From assembly GCA_026770705.1 (NCBI GenBank), contig JANJGN010000012.1, positions 95,914,001 through 95,978,000 on the forward strand: a stretch of 64,000 nucleotides of DNA, given 5' to 3'. The translations under genes were made by a program, and so were the position numbers. This stretch comes from Isurus oxyrinchus. Its lineage: Eukaryota. The notes under the pieces were generated by a model. That model worked only from the letters and a program-made list of their open reading frames with translations. It searched no databases and was not told the origin of the DNA. Below are positions 23,761-37,680 of the stretch, piece by piece. Positions within the stretch are counted from its first letter, which is position 1. Every line of letters starts with the position of its first letter.

Positions 23761-23905
23761 GGCCGGAATTTTCCAGCTCCTCATGCCGGAGGGATCTTCC
23801 GTTCCTGCTGATGTGAATGGAGATTTCAGTGGGTCGCCATCCCTGCTGCAGGGGAACCCAACATGTTGGTGGGCGGGTGGAAGGGGAGGCTGGAAAATTC
23901 TGGCC
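23761..23905. mobile_element. Short Harbinger-type MITE
   Basis: TIR GGCCGGAATTTTCCAGC / GCTGGAAAATTCTGGCC (16/17 match), 3-bp TSD ACA. Confidence 0.85.
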
Positions 23906-25433
23906 ACAGTTTTGGATTGTGCCCGGGTCCACATACCTGCTTCCTGACCACAAATTGATCAGTTGCCACAGCATCTTACATTATGACTTATTTTGTGTAC
24001 AAGATAAGTTACATCATCAACAGACAGTGCACCTCGTAAAGTAATTTATGGTATAAAATACTTTGAGAAGTTTAAATTTGCCAAGTTACTGTAAGAAAAG
24101 ATTTTAGGTAAGCCCGTAGACAGAGCACAGTAAAGTTCAATATGGAGTTGCTCTGTTAAAACTGCTTTTAATCATCAATGGTGGTGTCCACTCTCAATGC
24201 CACAGGTCTTGTTTAGCTGGCTGATTCTCAATTTTAGTGAATCCAAGCAAATATACCTTTAGGTTGCAGATGGGAGCCAGCATCTCTATTGTAGGGACCC
24301 AGCACCCTATCGTGTGCTGCCTGCGAGTATCTAACCATGGTAAGTGCGGCAACACCACAAAATTAAACTGAGTCAGGGGTTTCCAAGATTGTTATGAGGG
24401 AACAAGAAGGCTGAATCTGGATAGCATATCCAGAAGTGTCAGCTTTGTAAAACAAAGGCTAGTGTGGTTTATGTATATAAAAAATATTTCAAGGTTTCAA
24501 TGTGTGGATGAATTGTGTCGTGCTTACAATTTGTAGCTTCAAAAAAAACTCAGGTTTCTGAGGGAGATGTCAACCAGAAGGATTAAGTATTTTCAAAGCA
24601 AAAGGTTACAGTCCAGAGAGACTGAGAGGCCACAGGAAACAGGAATTAAGTGACAAAGAGTGATCACTGGAGACCACTTTCAAGGAGAAAGGAGATGTAT
24701 AATTTTTAACTGGCAGATATGTGTAAGCAAAGGCATCTCCCTTCGGAAATCCGAGGAAAACTTAAAGAAAAACTGTTGAAACCAGTTCAGTGCATATTTA
24801 TTCTGACAGTGTTTAGGCTCTGTGGAAATAGATCAAAAAATAGGCTGGAAGTAAAACCACTGAAGCCAAAAGATCTTCACAAATTCTTCATTTTCCTTAG
24901 CAACTTTACAAACTAGATCATAAGATAAAGTAAGTGTGAATTACACTAAGCACTGTTTAATATAATTAGTTAAGCATGTCACACTGATTGATACATTAGC
25001 TCCTTGTCAGCCAATACTTTCAGAAATAATGCTAACTGGAGTAGATTTACATTTACATTAACTGTTTTATCTGGTGTGATATAAATGTCTCCTTACAGTA
25101 ACTGTGTTCCTCTTGTACCGTTAAAATTCTGGCAGATTGCAAGCATGACCATGGCTTAGACTTGGATTTAAGCCATGGAAAGAGGTGGCATAGTGTCTAA
25201 GAACACTGTCCTTTCATCTCTGTCACTTACGATTGAACCTAGTCTACACTGGTCGAGTGAGACTGTTCAGTCACCTTCTTTCACTGCCTTGATCATCTGA
25301 AAATTTGCCATTATTTTCTTTGTGTCCCAACAGGTAAATATGTTCGTCAGAAGCTATGCTTTAAAGTTTGCAATTTAAGATAAAACTCACACTGCTAAAC
25401 AAAGTCGCATGTCTTTTGTTTGAACCCCTTTAG

Positions 25434-25589
25434 GAAGGCAAGCAGGCATCTTTGGCGTCAGATTTCTCTATAACTCAGTTCAAACACCTTGGCAGGTTGC
25501 TGATGGTTCATGGACGCAACAGCTACAAGAGATCAGCTGCTCTTAGCCAGTTTGTGATCCACAGGAGCCTGTGTATCAGTACCATGCAG
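25434..25589 (+). CDS. ATP9A: ATP9A coding exon
   Basis: [52 protein letters not shown]; 156 bp, AG/GT. Confidence 0.95.
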
Positions 25590-28500
25590 GTAACCTAACC
25601 ACCATGTTCTTAGAAACAAATTTTTAAATGATAACAAAGAAGATGTGAAAAGTGACAGGATTACACAGGCAGCAAAATAATGCTGGAAACACGTACCAAG
25701 TTAGCAGATCAGTCATCATCTGTAACACGAAGCAACATTTTGAACCTTAATCACTTTTTAATATATAGAATATATAATTTCACAAAATACTTCACAATAA
25801 GGGTAGCATGTATGATTGTTCTTTGCCTTCCTAACTCCCTTCCCCCACCCTCCACCCTCATCCCTGCTTCCCTCTGTCCCCCTTGGAATACCACAAGAGA
25901 AAGTTGAGCGAAGTGAGAGAGCATAGTCAAGGGGCAAGTTTTCATCAACCAAATTTAATCTATCTATCTTCAGAAACCATTTTTATTTTTGTTGAGAGAA
26001 GACAATAATACATTCCAATCCCAGAAGTGGCTTCTTGGTGGACTTCAGAGTAATAGCACACAAACTTCACAGTCTAGAAGGTAGCAGCTTCAATTGTCTG
26101 ATTGTGCTGACTTAGCTGGTTGAACAAGTATAGCAGTGGTCCTGTAACAGTAGGTTTCAATGTTCCTGATGTTGAGAGGGAAGAAATCAGACAGGGTTCC
26201 TGCAACTAATCAGCATCCTTATTGCATTTTGTTTTACCAACGTTTCTCCAATTCTTGTAGAGAAAGTTTCTATGTTATACAGGCTTATACAGGGTGGAAT
26301 CATCTTCTCATATTAGAGGTCCCAATGGCAGGACCGGAAGTGCACAGCATTTCTGTTCAGAAGTGGAGCAGCTGGCCACGTGCAATTGCGCAGTAGCCAG
26401 CCAATTAGATATGTGGAGTCGAGGACCCCAGCCAATCATGCAGCGGGAATGGGCAGGAAGCTGCTGGCCCAGCCATTACCTCACGAGGTCATAGGTCCGG
26501 GCGCTATGTTTGAATAGCTCCTGGGCAGGTATCCAACAGCACTTTGTGAGGAGTTTGTAATCTCTAAATCTGCTGTGACACCAACCCCACACACTTTGGA
26601 TCTGTCACCTCCCTGGATCCCTGGAACTGGAATTGATCATTCTGCAACTCCCCCTTTGTCCATTTTGACATTCCCTCCATCATCCTCGACACTCACTCCA
26701 TCACCCTCACCCTGATTTTGGTGACCCTCAACCCATTCCCCCACCACCCTTGACCAACTATCATTCACCCTACAGCTTTGCCACTGCATCCTTCCCACAC
26801 CCCTCCCCATCACCAATGGCCAGCCCCTGGCACATAGGAACTGCCCCTTGTTACACTCAACCTGCCATCTGTCATCCTTGGCCGTCCTTCTATTATCTTT
26901 AACCTGTGACTTTCAGAACGTCACTATTGAACTTCCTTGTATAACCCTTGATTCCCTCACACTCATGCTTGACCTACCATCTGTAGACATTGACCTTCCC
27001 TGTGTGGTCCAGCTTCCTCCCTCTGTCTCCCATGAGCCTCCATTGAGCTGACACTTACCTCCCTCCCCAGTCAGCTGTGCCCCGTTCCCCTTTCATAGCC
27101 ACCCCCTCCCCCACTCCCTTTCACAGCCACCCCCCCCACCCAGTAAGCCATTTGCTGTTCCCCTTTCGCAGCTGCCTCCGATCTCAATACATCAATTCCT
27201 CCTCGCTTCTGGTTCAACAAAGCTCCCCATGTGTGAAAAGTAGCTCCAACTCAGTTCAAATCCACCTGGAAGACTACCTTGCCTACTGCATGCTACCTTT
27301 AACCAGTTATGAATCTGAAGGCACACGTTTGTCATTGGCTGCATACTTAATTCCAAAGGTACAATTTAAACTGGCGCAGTTGTGTTTTAATAAGCATGCT
27401 TGACACACCAATGCATTAAAAAGTTTCTGCCGCTTGCTGTCAGGAAGCATAATCCACCCTCAATCCATTGCCAACTTATAGCCAACTCTCAAACTGCCAT
27501 TGGGAAGTAACATTTTGCCTTGTGCTCAATTAAATGCCACCCCCACTCCCCAACACCCCCCAACCCCATTTCCTGCTCCCGGGAGCGTCATAAGATTCTG
27601 CCCATAAATTGGGGCAGTTCTCTATTACATTAGAAATAGAGGATGCCTTGGGTGTGCAATGGGGGAGATTACAAGGGGAATTATTCTGTGGCAAATAAAA
27701 TGTTGTTAGCAAGTAAAAATATTCATGTGTCCTGTAACGAGATTTTTGATTTACTTTCAATTACGACAAACTTATTTTCTTGTGCCTATTATTGGATTCA
27801 CATGAAATTGCTGTTTTAGCAGTCATTGATTTGAAATATTGCTTAATTTTACCAACTGCAAGGTGAGCTATAAAATGGGAATGAAGTTTTTTTGCACATC
27901 AAAGTTTTATAGTTTGGCTAGGAGCATGCGTGTATTTAAGAACATATAAATGGTATTGTTTTGAGTTTCTGCTTATAGTACAAAAATAGCAACTATCAGG
28001 TTTTCATTTTAAGTGGAATTTAAATTGTTGTTATGAGTTTATTGCAGCTGCTACAGTGGTATTTATACATATCAGATAGATTTATGCTGATTTTTAATAG
28101 GTGAACAGCTCCATAAGCAAAGGCTCTGCCACCTGCCAGTACCCAGGAATTCCATCAAAGTGTGTTTCTAAAAATTATTTTTTATTATTTTTCCCCCAAC
28201 CTCTACCATGCAGTGTTAGGCAAGCCACGAGCTGGAAAAATCATTACATTGCACAGGAGCTTGTTACAAACCTTGCACAAGATAGTTTGATGGCCTTGTA
28301 AAAGTGTAGCAAAACAGTCCTAAATTTTGAAGAAGAAAAAACAATTTATTTTATGTGCCATTATACAGATTGATGTTAGACTTGGATTTACGCCACCTTT
28401 GGTTATTGTTACATAAATGATACCGGTCTACTAAAAGACCACATCACAAATAATGCAGGGGGGTAGAAGGTAAAGATATTTGTTCTCTTTCTTGATCTAC

Positions 28501-28922
28501 AAGAATAACATGCACTTCAACAATAGTATAACATAAGTGAATGGTTAATGGAATTATGGACATTGGCAGTTGATGATACAAGGTTAGAGTTTTCTTTTAA
28601 ATATTGGCAGCAGTGACCTTCTCTTCATTACCCTTATCTGGTGGGAAGGACAGGGAGATTTGCAGTCTCTCCCACTACCAGCCTTGAGTCCAGTTACTGG
28701 GACATATTGAGCTGAAGTATTTTCACCCTCCTTGGAGCCAGGCACAAACCTCAGCAATTTGGCTTAAGTCAGAAGTTGTGATGTGGAAGGTCACCGTGGT
28801 GACTCCATTGCACCACTGGTCCAACAATATTTTCTGTAATTGTCTGTTTCAAAAGAGTATGTCCTACTTTGATGCCAGTTAAAATAGTTCCATTTGTTAA
28901 CTAACTCTATATCTTTCCACAG

Positions 28923-28987
28923 GCTGTTTTTTCTTCAGTATTTTACTTTGCTTCCATTCCTCTATACCAAGGTTTCCTTGTTATTGG
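28923..28987 (+). CDS. ATP9A: ATP9A coding exon
   Basis: AVFSSVFYFASIPLYQGFLVI-G; 65 bp, AG/GTAAGT. Confidence 0.95.
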
Positions 28988-30224
28988 GTAAGTAAGTTAT
29001 GTATATTTTTAGTTCCATGCTAATTATTGTAAATAATACTTTTAGCTTTGTTAAAGAGTAAAGAATCATCTCTCAGAGAAAATCTGAATTGGTCTCTGGA
29101 GTATAGTATGAAAAGTGGTATGTGTGTGAATAAACAACAAATTATTACCTCAATTGACCTCTTAAAAGAAAATTGTTACTTTCTTCCTAACCCCCATGTG
29201 CATTAGTGAATAAAATGAAAATTTATAAGTGTTTGACTTGATTCAGAAGTTTTATGAGATTAACATTAATGCCCTTTTTTATAACATATAGAGTAAAATG
29301 TTATGGGTTCTCCATTTAGCTGGTTCCTGATACCAGCTGGTTTCCCTTAGGAAAGTTTCCACAAAAGGGAGAAAATTGAAGGGCAGGTTGAGATGTATCC
29401 CTCCAGGTATTGGGAAATGCTATGTTGATCAGGGTGGGGGGTGGGGAGTAACTGAAGGGAAGCTGAAAACAGTTCTTTAAAAGCAAATGATACTTGATTT
29501 GGTAGTTGAAATCTGAGCAGCTATTTACTGTGGTTTTCATCACAATGAACAGTTTGAATGACAGTTTTTAAATTCTAGTTAACTTGCTTTGGCATACGGT
29601 ATTTTAAAATTAAAGATAAATGCAGAACTCCATTATTCAGAGTAAGTCAGATGTTACACTAATTGGTAAGGAATGCAGTACCATCATTTAATGCATATAT
29701 TATGATGTGTCACTTTAAGGCCATTAAGTCTAATTGTAAAGTCAACAGACCCTCAGAGTTGATGTGTTATTTGCTCATGAAACTTTGCAAATTACCTTTG
29801 TCACTATTTGGCTCCAGCTCAGAAGCACACTATAACTGTAGATTGTTTAACATATGTAACCAACTCTGACACAGAAATAATAGTATCCACATGCATATCA
29901 TCCATGAACAGCACCGCAGTAAATTCTTGAATACATCAACATTGTCTGTGGTGTTGCTCATGACTGATCTGCTGCTTTAAAGAACAGCAGTGTAATACCA
30001 TAGAAATGAGAATGTATTATTCTGCTAACATGAATCAGTGTTGCTTCATGACTTCATATACTAATTGTTAAATAAACAGTGCCTGAATGGTCCTTCAGAG
30101 TTTAATCCAAGAACTTTGGGATTGGAATGTGCTTTGGAATACTCTTGTTAATTTCAAACTATGGCTTAGCATGTGTCATTTTAAAATTATTTCTACTTCA
30201 TGCTGTGAGTCAGAATTTAGGATG

Positions 30225-30299
30225 AAATAAAAACACAAAATGCTGGAAACACTCAGCAAGTCTGGCAGCATATATGGAGAGCTAACGAAATGGAGTTAA
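30225..30299 (-). mobile_element. Penelope-like tail fragment truncated by the Harbinger insertion
   Basis: ATGCTGGAAACACTCAGCAAGTCTGGCAGCAT...GAGTTAA directly followed by the Harbinger TIR. Confidence 0.6.
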
Positions 30300-30627
30300 G
30301 GGATGGAATTTTCCGTCCTGGAGTAGAAGTTTGGCGGCAGGAGTGGAAGTGAGCATAGGAGATTTGGCCACACATGATCGCCCAGTGGTCAGCTGGTTAG
30401 CTATGCATGCAGGAGGAACACAGAGAATCTTGCTGCAGGTTTGGGCAGGAAATTGTCACGCCCGTTGTTACCTCACAGAGTTGAAGGATCAGGCACCGTA
30501 TTTAAAAGGCACTGGACGGGCATTCATTCCCTGCAAGCCAGTAGCATCACTTTGGCTCTTGTACTACAGCCAAATTTTCTGACCCTGTCCCCCCGCCAGC
30601 TCCCCCACTGCTAACTTGCAATTCAGG

Positions 30628-32380
30628 ATGTCTTAGAGCAGACAAGCGGCCCCACAGTTTAGCAAAGCCTCACTGCAGGTTCTCCTCCAAGCTGTCCGGG
30701 AAAGACGGGAGGTCCTGTTTCCCAGGCATGGCAGCAGGAGGCCCCGCCATCAGACTAAGGCAGCCTGGGCGGAAGTAGTAGCGCAGGTCAGCGCCAGTGG
30801 GGCCCACTCCAGAACCTGGGTCCAGTGCTAAGAAAGGATGAATGGTCTGCAGCGTTCTGCACAGGTAAGTGACATCACCTGGTCACTGCAAAGTGACACT
30901 CGAGTGCATCAGGCAGTGAAAATGTGCAAATGCGGAGAGATGTCAGATCAGAGGATTCCGTGCAGGCCTCAGCAGCAGGTGGAGTATGTGGACTGAATGT
31001 GCTGTGAATGTTGTATCAATTGCAGGACAGCGTGGTTGCTAATCACTTAATCACACTGGAGAAGGCTCAGGAGCTGGCATAGGCATGCATGCTCATAAAT
31101 TGCTCATGCACCCAATTGGGATGATATGCCAATCCTTCTGTATGTCTGCAGGAAAAAAATGCGCACAAATGACAGGAGCGCAACATGACATTAAAAACCC
31201 TCACCCACTTCAAGGAAGTGGTCACCAACTTGCCAGGGAGGACCGGGACCATGCACGCACAGATGGAGAGACCAGAGTTTTGCAGCAATCCAGTGAGAAG
31301 GACTCCAAGTTCTGCTGACAAATGGACATACAAGACTTAAGACCTGAAACATTGTTCAGAGAAGGGAGTGTGCATAACCATCAGCTGATTCTTCTGTTCT
31401 CCATCACAAGCACTTGCAGCAAGTTCAAGACCAGGAAGACGAGGCCGCCTACCCCAGCTCTATCTCCACCTCCAACTCCACGTCCACCTCGAGCAACCCC
31501 TCTTGAGGCTGATGACTCAGAATCCTTGGAGGGTGCACCATCACAATGTTTACCTGTACCCTCCACTGATGCAGATACATTCTCCTCAGTGCGTGCATGT
31601 TCTAGATTATGCTCAGGGTCACAGTCTGGTGAGCACATCACAGATGTGCCCATAGCTGGTGGGGGATGTGACAGCCGAGGTCTCTGACACTGGGAGGATT
31701 ACTGGAGACCAGGCCCATGCTGAGCACCATGCAGGTGATGAGCCCCATGGCTAGGCCATAAGCGGACATGATGGAGATGCAGAGATAGGCAGGGGAACGT
31801 TAGGCAGAGATGTCAAAGGCCATGCACAGACTGGACTGAAGGCTCGAGGAGCCTGTCCATGTTATGAGCACTACCATGGCTCCAGAATGTGAGGCTTCCT
31901 CCATGGAGAGGGTGGAACTGTCTTGGAGATCCAGGTCCAGCAGAATACTTGGTGGGTGCCAGATATACGCTCAGACCTATACTCCATCTAGCTATGGATA
32001 CAGTGCAGCAGTGGCTGGACAGAAGGGGGACAAGGCACTCGACCTCCCTCCAAGTGCCTTTTCACAGGGAGCAAGGGAGGTGCCATTGTGCACTGACAGG
32101 GAGGGTGAGCTCCAGCAAGGCACCCCAGGGGCATCCTAAGACATTCCAAGGGTGCCCTGCATCTCCACCACCTCCCTTCTGACAGTGACCCCCATCGCCC
32201 CCAGCAAGTCAGGCCGAGGAGGGTGCACCTGCACTTGTGCAGGAGGCCCTTAGCAGGCAGGAACACCCTAGACCTCGGATCACCAGTGGACGACCGCCAA
32301 AGTCATCACAGGCAACAGGGCGTGTCAGGGCTGTACACAGGCATAGTGGTAGGAAAAGAAAAATTAAGAAATTGTAATGG
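30628..32380 (+). pseudogene. Spliced Myb/SANT-like DNA-binding gene of the Harbinger element
   Basis: Exon 30628-30864 APQFSKASLQVLLQAVRERREVLFP..KAAWAEVVAQVSA..RTWVQC*ERMN|GTAAGT; acceptor TCTGCAG ending 31151; in-frame stops. Confidence 0.75.
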
Positions 32381-33450
32381 CACAAAGGTGGACAGGTGTC
32401 TAATCACTGTATATATGAAACACACGGGTGTGTGTATGTATATATGTTTAATTGCACTTTATTCATGTAAGTTGTATTTTCATTATGCTGCTATTTGTTG
32501 CAATAGTCTCATTTACCTAAGGGCGTTGCACTTCATTCCTGATTAGTCTTGGATGATATGGGCCTGTGGATACACCATTTATTGTGTCACATTGTCAGTA
32601 GTGGCATCTCTGAATATACAGGCATGTGTGAGATTGAAACTCGAGCATCAGTTGTAAAGTTGCAGCCTTGGAACGCAACTGACAACCCATCAGGTAGTGT
32701 TCACCTGATCATCATCCCTCTGAGGCTGCTGTCTGAGGAGCGTCTGCAGCTGAGTCATTCTGTGCCTTGCTGGTGTCCACGTGACAGTTCTTTGGAGAAT
32801 GCATCAAGTGAGACATGAAAATATCTCCACCAAATTAACAGTGCATGTGGCTTCCAATGTTCCGTGCATGTGGGTTTGCTTGAGCCAAGGGGCTGCAGCA
32901 TTTTCATGGTCACAGGAATATGCAGTGTTATACAGGCAGCATTGGACTGCTGCTGGCACTGATGCCACAATGTTGTCAGAGAAGCACATTTTTCACCAAT
33001 GTGATGTTTCATTTCTGAGTGGCCCATACACAGGATCACAATACCAGCAGGTTTAATGTGAATACATAAAATTTAATGCAGCCAACAGAATATAAGAGCA
33101 ATGAAATGAAACCAAAACGCCTGTGCCCACTTGGGAACCCGCCCTCACAGAGGATTAAAACCCACAGCGTAGTAGACATGTGTCAGTGCCTCACTCGGCC
33201 TGGAATCTGGCGGCGATAAGATCGTCAAGGGCCTGTCTGCCATGATGCACCATTGTCTTGGCTTCTGCCGCTGCATCTGCAACATCCACTCTCTCATCAG
33301 CAGCATCGTCTTTCCCTTCCTCCTCCATCAGAGGAGACATCTGACTCCTCCATCACCCCCTCTGCAAAATAACCCCCCCCCGCCCCTTTAATGAGCGAGG
33401 ATGTGCAGCATGCAACAAACCACAATGACCGTGGACACACTTTCTGGTGA

Positions 33451-35122
33451 CCTCTACCTTGCGGAGGCTGAGCGTCAACTCGCAGACACTTCCTCCTACC
33501 TCTCCCTGGACCATGACCCCACCACTGAACATCAAGCCATTGCTTCCAGGACTGTCACTGACTTCATCTCCTCTGGGGATCTCCCTCCCACAGCTTCCAA
33601 CCTGATAGTCGCCCAACCTCGGACGGCCCGCTTCTATCTCCTACCCAAAATCCACAAACAGAACTGCCCCGGTAGACCGATTGTCTCAGCTTGCTCCTGC
33701 CCCACGGAACTCATTTCTCGTTATCTTGACTCCCTTCTCTCTCCCCTTGTCCAGTCCCTTCCCACCTACATCCGTGATTCCTCTGACACCTTACGTCACA
33801 TCAACAATTTCCAGTTCCCTGGTCCCAACCACTTCCTCTTCACCATGGACGTCCAATCCCTCGACACCTCCATCCGTTGATAGGGCCCTCAACCGTGTCC
33901 AGCCCATCTCCTGCGCATCCGCCCTCACGCCTTCTCCTCCCTCCCAGAAACATGATAGGGTCCCCCTTGTCCTCACTTATCACCCCACCAGCCTCTGCAT
34001 TCAAAGGATCATCCTCCGCCATTTCCGCCAACTCCAGCATGATGCCACCACCAAACACATCTTCCCTTCACCCCCCCATCGGCATTCCATAGGGATCGGT
34101 CTCTCCGGGACACCCTGGTCCACTCCTCCATCACCCCCTACTCCTCAACCCCCTCCTATGGCACCACCCCATGCCCACACAAAAGATGCAACATCTGCCC
34201 CTTCACTTCCTCTTTCCTCACCGTCCAAGGACCCAAACACTCCTTTCAAGTGAAGCAGCATTTCACTTGCATTTCCCCCAACTTAGTCTACTGCATTCGT
34301 TGCTCCCAATGTGGTCTCCTCTACATTGGAGAGACCAAACGTAAACTGGGCGACCGCTTTGCAGAACACCTGCGGTCTGTCTGCAAGAATGACCCAAACC
34401 TCCCTGTCGCTTGCCATTTTAACACTCCACCCTGCTCTCTTGCCCACATGTCTGTCCTTGGCTTGCTGCATTGTTCCAGTGAAGCCCAACGCAAACTGGA
34501 GGAACAACACCTCATCTTCCAACTAGGCACTTTACAGCCTTCCAGACTGAATATTGAATTCAACAACTTTAGGTCGTGAGCTCCCTCCCCCATCCCCACC
34601 CCCTTTCTGTTTCCCCCTTCCTTTTTTTTCCAATAAATTATATAGATTTTCCTTTTCCCACCTATTTCCATTATTTTTTTAAAAAATTTTAAAATCTTTT
34701 ATGCTTTCCCCACCCCCACTAGAGCTATACCTTGAATGCCCTACCATCCATTCTTAATTAGCACATTCGTTTAGATAATATCACCAACTTTAACTTTAAC
34801 ACTTATGTGTTCTTTTGTTCTATTGTTGTTAACATCTTTTGATGATCTGCTTCTATCACTGCTTGTTTGTCCCTACAACCACACCCCCACTCCTCCACTT
34901 CTCTCTCTCTCTCTCTCTCCGCCCCCCCACACACACCTTAAACCAGCTTTTATTTCAACTCTTTCTTGGACTCGAACTCAAGTTCTGGCGAAGGGTCATG
35001 AGGACTCGAAACGTCAACTCTTTTCTTCTCCGCCGATGCTGCCAGACCTGCTGAGTTTTTCCAGGTAATTCTGTTTTTGTTTTTGTTTTGGATTTCCAGC
35101 ATCCGCAGTTTTTTTGTTTTTA
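33451..35122 (+). mobile_element. Young Penelope-like element, 5'-truncated, with internal RT deletion
   Basis: FYLLPKIHK..PGRPIVS (RT), GIY-YIG NLVYCIRCSQCGLLYIGETKRKLGDRFAEH; TSD TTCTGGTGA at 33442-33450 and 35123-35131; deletion junction near 33873. Confidence 0.9.
34981..35019 (+). ncRNA. Minimal hammerhead motif, variant core CUGGCGA
   Basis: AGTT-CTGGCGA-AGGGTC-atgag-GACTC-GAAAC-GTC-AACT. Confidence 0.55.
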
Positions 35123-36891
35123 TTCTGGTGAGTACTGGCATTCTTTACCAGAGCAGTTAAGCAGCATTTCTAGCTGTCCTGTCGTCTCCTGTATTGTTGG
35201 CCTTGTTGAGGCATGGCGGCATTGTACCTCTCCTCGGCAGCATTTTGCGTGTTCTGCACTGGTGTCATCAGCCAGGCCCTCTGAGTATCCCCTGTTACCA
35301 CTGAGAAGGCCTTCAGTCGATGAGGTGGAACAAACACTTGTGACACTTCGAGTTGTTCAGAATGTAGACATTGTGAGAGCTCCCTGGGTAGTGTGCACAC
35401 ACCTAAAGGATTGTTTTTTTGTGATCACATACCAGCTGTACATTCAAAGACTGAAACCCCTTTCTGTTGATGAAGGCAGTGGGCGGATCCCAGGGGGCTC
35501 TCAGCACCGCATATGTGATGTCAGTTGCCTCTTGCTCTTTTGGGAATCCTGCGATTGCAGCAAATCCCACTGTTCTGGCTGCCTGGCTATTGGGGTCCGT
35601 ACTGAATTTCACAAAACCATGTGCCCTGCTGAAGAGGCCATCTGTCACTTCCTGGATGCATTTGTGCATGAAAGGCTGGGATATTCTGCACATGCCCCCA
35701 CTGGAGCCTTGGAAAGAGCTAATGGCACGGAAGTTCAATGCCACTGTCACTTTTAAGGCTACCAGCATTGAATGGCCCCCCAGTCCTCATGGACGCAGAT
35801 CTTCATGGAGCAGCTGGAACATGAGAGTTACCACATCCTGAGACATCCTAAGCTGCCTCCGGCATTGCCCCTCAGACACCTGCAGGTAGCTGTAGTGCCT
35901 ACGATATATACAGTCCTGGGCCAGTGCTCGCCTTTGCACTGGCTCCTGGCTGCCAGTATCCTGCGCTTCTTGAGCCTGTGCTGCTCTGGCTGTTGCTGCG
36001 CCTAGCTCTGGGTCACCCTCTGTCAATTCCTCCTCAGCTGGACCATAGCTAGTAGAAGTGCAGTGTTGCCTGGAGCCAGCATCATTTAGGCCTGAAGTGA
36101 CCTGTGAACAAATTGCAATGATCCATCTAGTCAGCATATTCTTTGAAGCTCTCCCACCAAGCCTGAGTATTTCAGGCAATGGGATGCCTGTACCTACCAT
36201 CGGTCACCCCTGCTCCATCCCGCCATAGTGAAGCCCATCCCACCATGGTGAAGCCCATCCTGTAGGACCACAGATAAGTTTGCCTCTCATTCATACATTC
36301 ATGTGCATAACCAGGGTAATGAAAACCATGTCTGTGCATTCTCCCTCAAATAATTCTGGGCTTCCCTCCATTGCCCTCGAGACACATTTGAAAGACCCTT
36401 GCCTTACCATTATAGACATACCATCTTATTGTCAGCCATGACCATCTGACCGGGACCCTCAAGGTTCTAAAATTAAACATTGTTGTTATCTCACCAACCC
36501 GGATCCTGGGGAGCTCACCCCTGCCTCCATTCTTCCCTCTGTTCTTCTCCTCCTGTCCACCCCATCTTGGTTAAATTGAGTTGCCATTCAGCGCAGACTT
36601 TACTGCAGCTCCAGACATTGCTGGGATCCTGATGTTATGAGACCCATGTGTCAAGGAGCAAACCTGCTGCCATGTGGGCCTCACCATAGAGTGGAGAACA
36701 CACCTGAGCATGGTTCTCATGCATTTGACTCCTGAACATACTGCCATTCTTTCAATGTCACAGGATCAATAGCTCTGAATTCCTTTCCATCAGTACAAGA
36801 ACTGCAGTGGGAGTAATTCCGCCATAATTACATCAAGGCAACAAGGGGTTGGCAAAAGATCCAGCCTTCCCAGTAGCATCACATTCTAAGG

Positions 36892-37680
36892 CAGGGGTGG
36901 CCAAACTTTCCGAACCTTAGAGCCATACACGATAATCTTCAGACCTTCAAGAGCCGCAAGACATGGACAACCTTTACAGACACATTGTCATTACTATTGT
37001 ACACACTTCAGTGAGGAAATATATTTAACAAAAATGTAATTGCAAATAATATGAAAAGAATATGTACACCAGAACAAATGTATTTATTTATCTTTATGTT
37101 TTCTCTTAAACTTCAATAACAATAAAGTACGTATACCACATTTTGCTTAAATTAAATTCCACCTTATAAAACTATTATATGGTAATATCCCTTAAGTAAG
37201 ATGATACTTACAGTTATCAGGGCTAATCACTGCTACAGATAGAGGCCTTGGGAGTCTCCATCCTGGATTCAAGATACAGGCAGAGGCCGCAAGTTCAATG
37301 GTCAACGATGGGAGGGTGGGTTAGGGAAAGAGAGAGACCACTCCAAAATGGTGCAGATCGAGTCATGTGGCAGTACACAGCAGGAATCTCAAGACGGCAC
37401 TGATTTGGGGACTGAATCAATCCTGGACTCGCTGACCAACGGACCAAATTCGAGATGAGCCGAAACAAATTATTGATCTTACTTGTAACCCTCCTCCCTC
37501 TCCTCCATGCTGTCTGCACCCCAGTTCTCTCCCCCTATGAAGATGTGTGTGGCTGAGGCTGCTGTGGCCGTTTACCTCCCTCCAATGCATGGTTTAAAGG
37601 GTTCCATAACACAAGGAATGAACCGCACTCTGTATGAAAAAGAGCCCCATGCAGCTGGTGCGCTGTAGTTTGTCACCCCT
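36892..37680. mobile_element. hAT (Charlie-like) non-autonomous element
   Basis: Ends CAGGGGTGGCCAAAC / GTTTGTCACCCCT; 8-bp TSD TTCTAAGG (36884-36891, 37681-37688). Confidence 0.85.

Larger units (their letters stand above)
33191..36090 (-). pseudogene. Harbinger transposase, split by a Penelope-like insertion
   Basis: VALKVTVALNF..ISQPFMHKCIQEVTD..FINRKGFQSLNVQLVCDH; QYSP|ESVSTVIVVCCMLH rejoins across the insertion; ends DDLIAARFQAE*. Confidence 0.85.
30300..36500. mobile_element. Decayed Harbinger transposon (convergent Myb/SANT gene and transposase); right end not located
   Basis: TIR-like GGGATGGAATTTTCC after TAA; both genes present; interrupted by PLE 33451-35122. Confidence 0.8.

Noticed and set aside
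26290-27605. Possible additional TIR element(s) with a C-rich interior
   Set aside because: A TIR-like end is visible near 27590-27603 but no matching partner end or TSD could be assigned
35088-35756. 222-aa plus-strand ORF
   Set aside because: Antisense to the Harbinger transposase pseudogene
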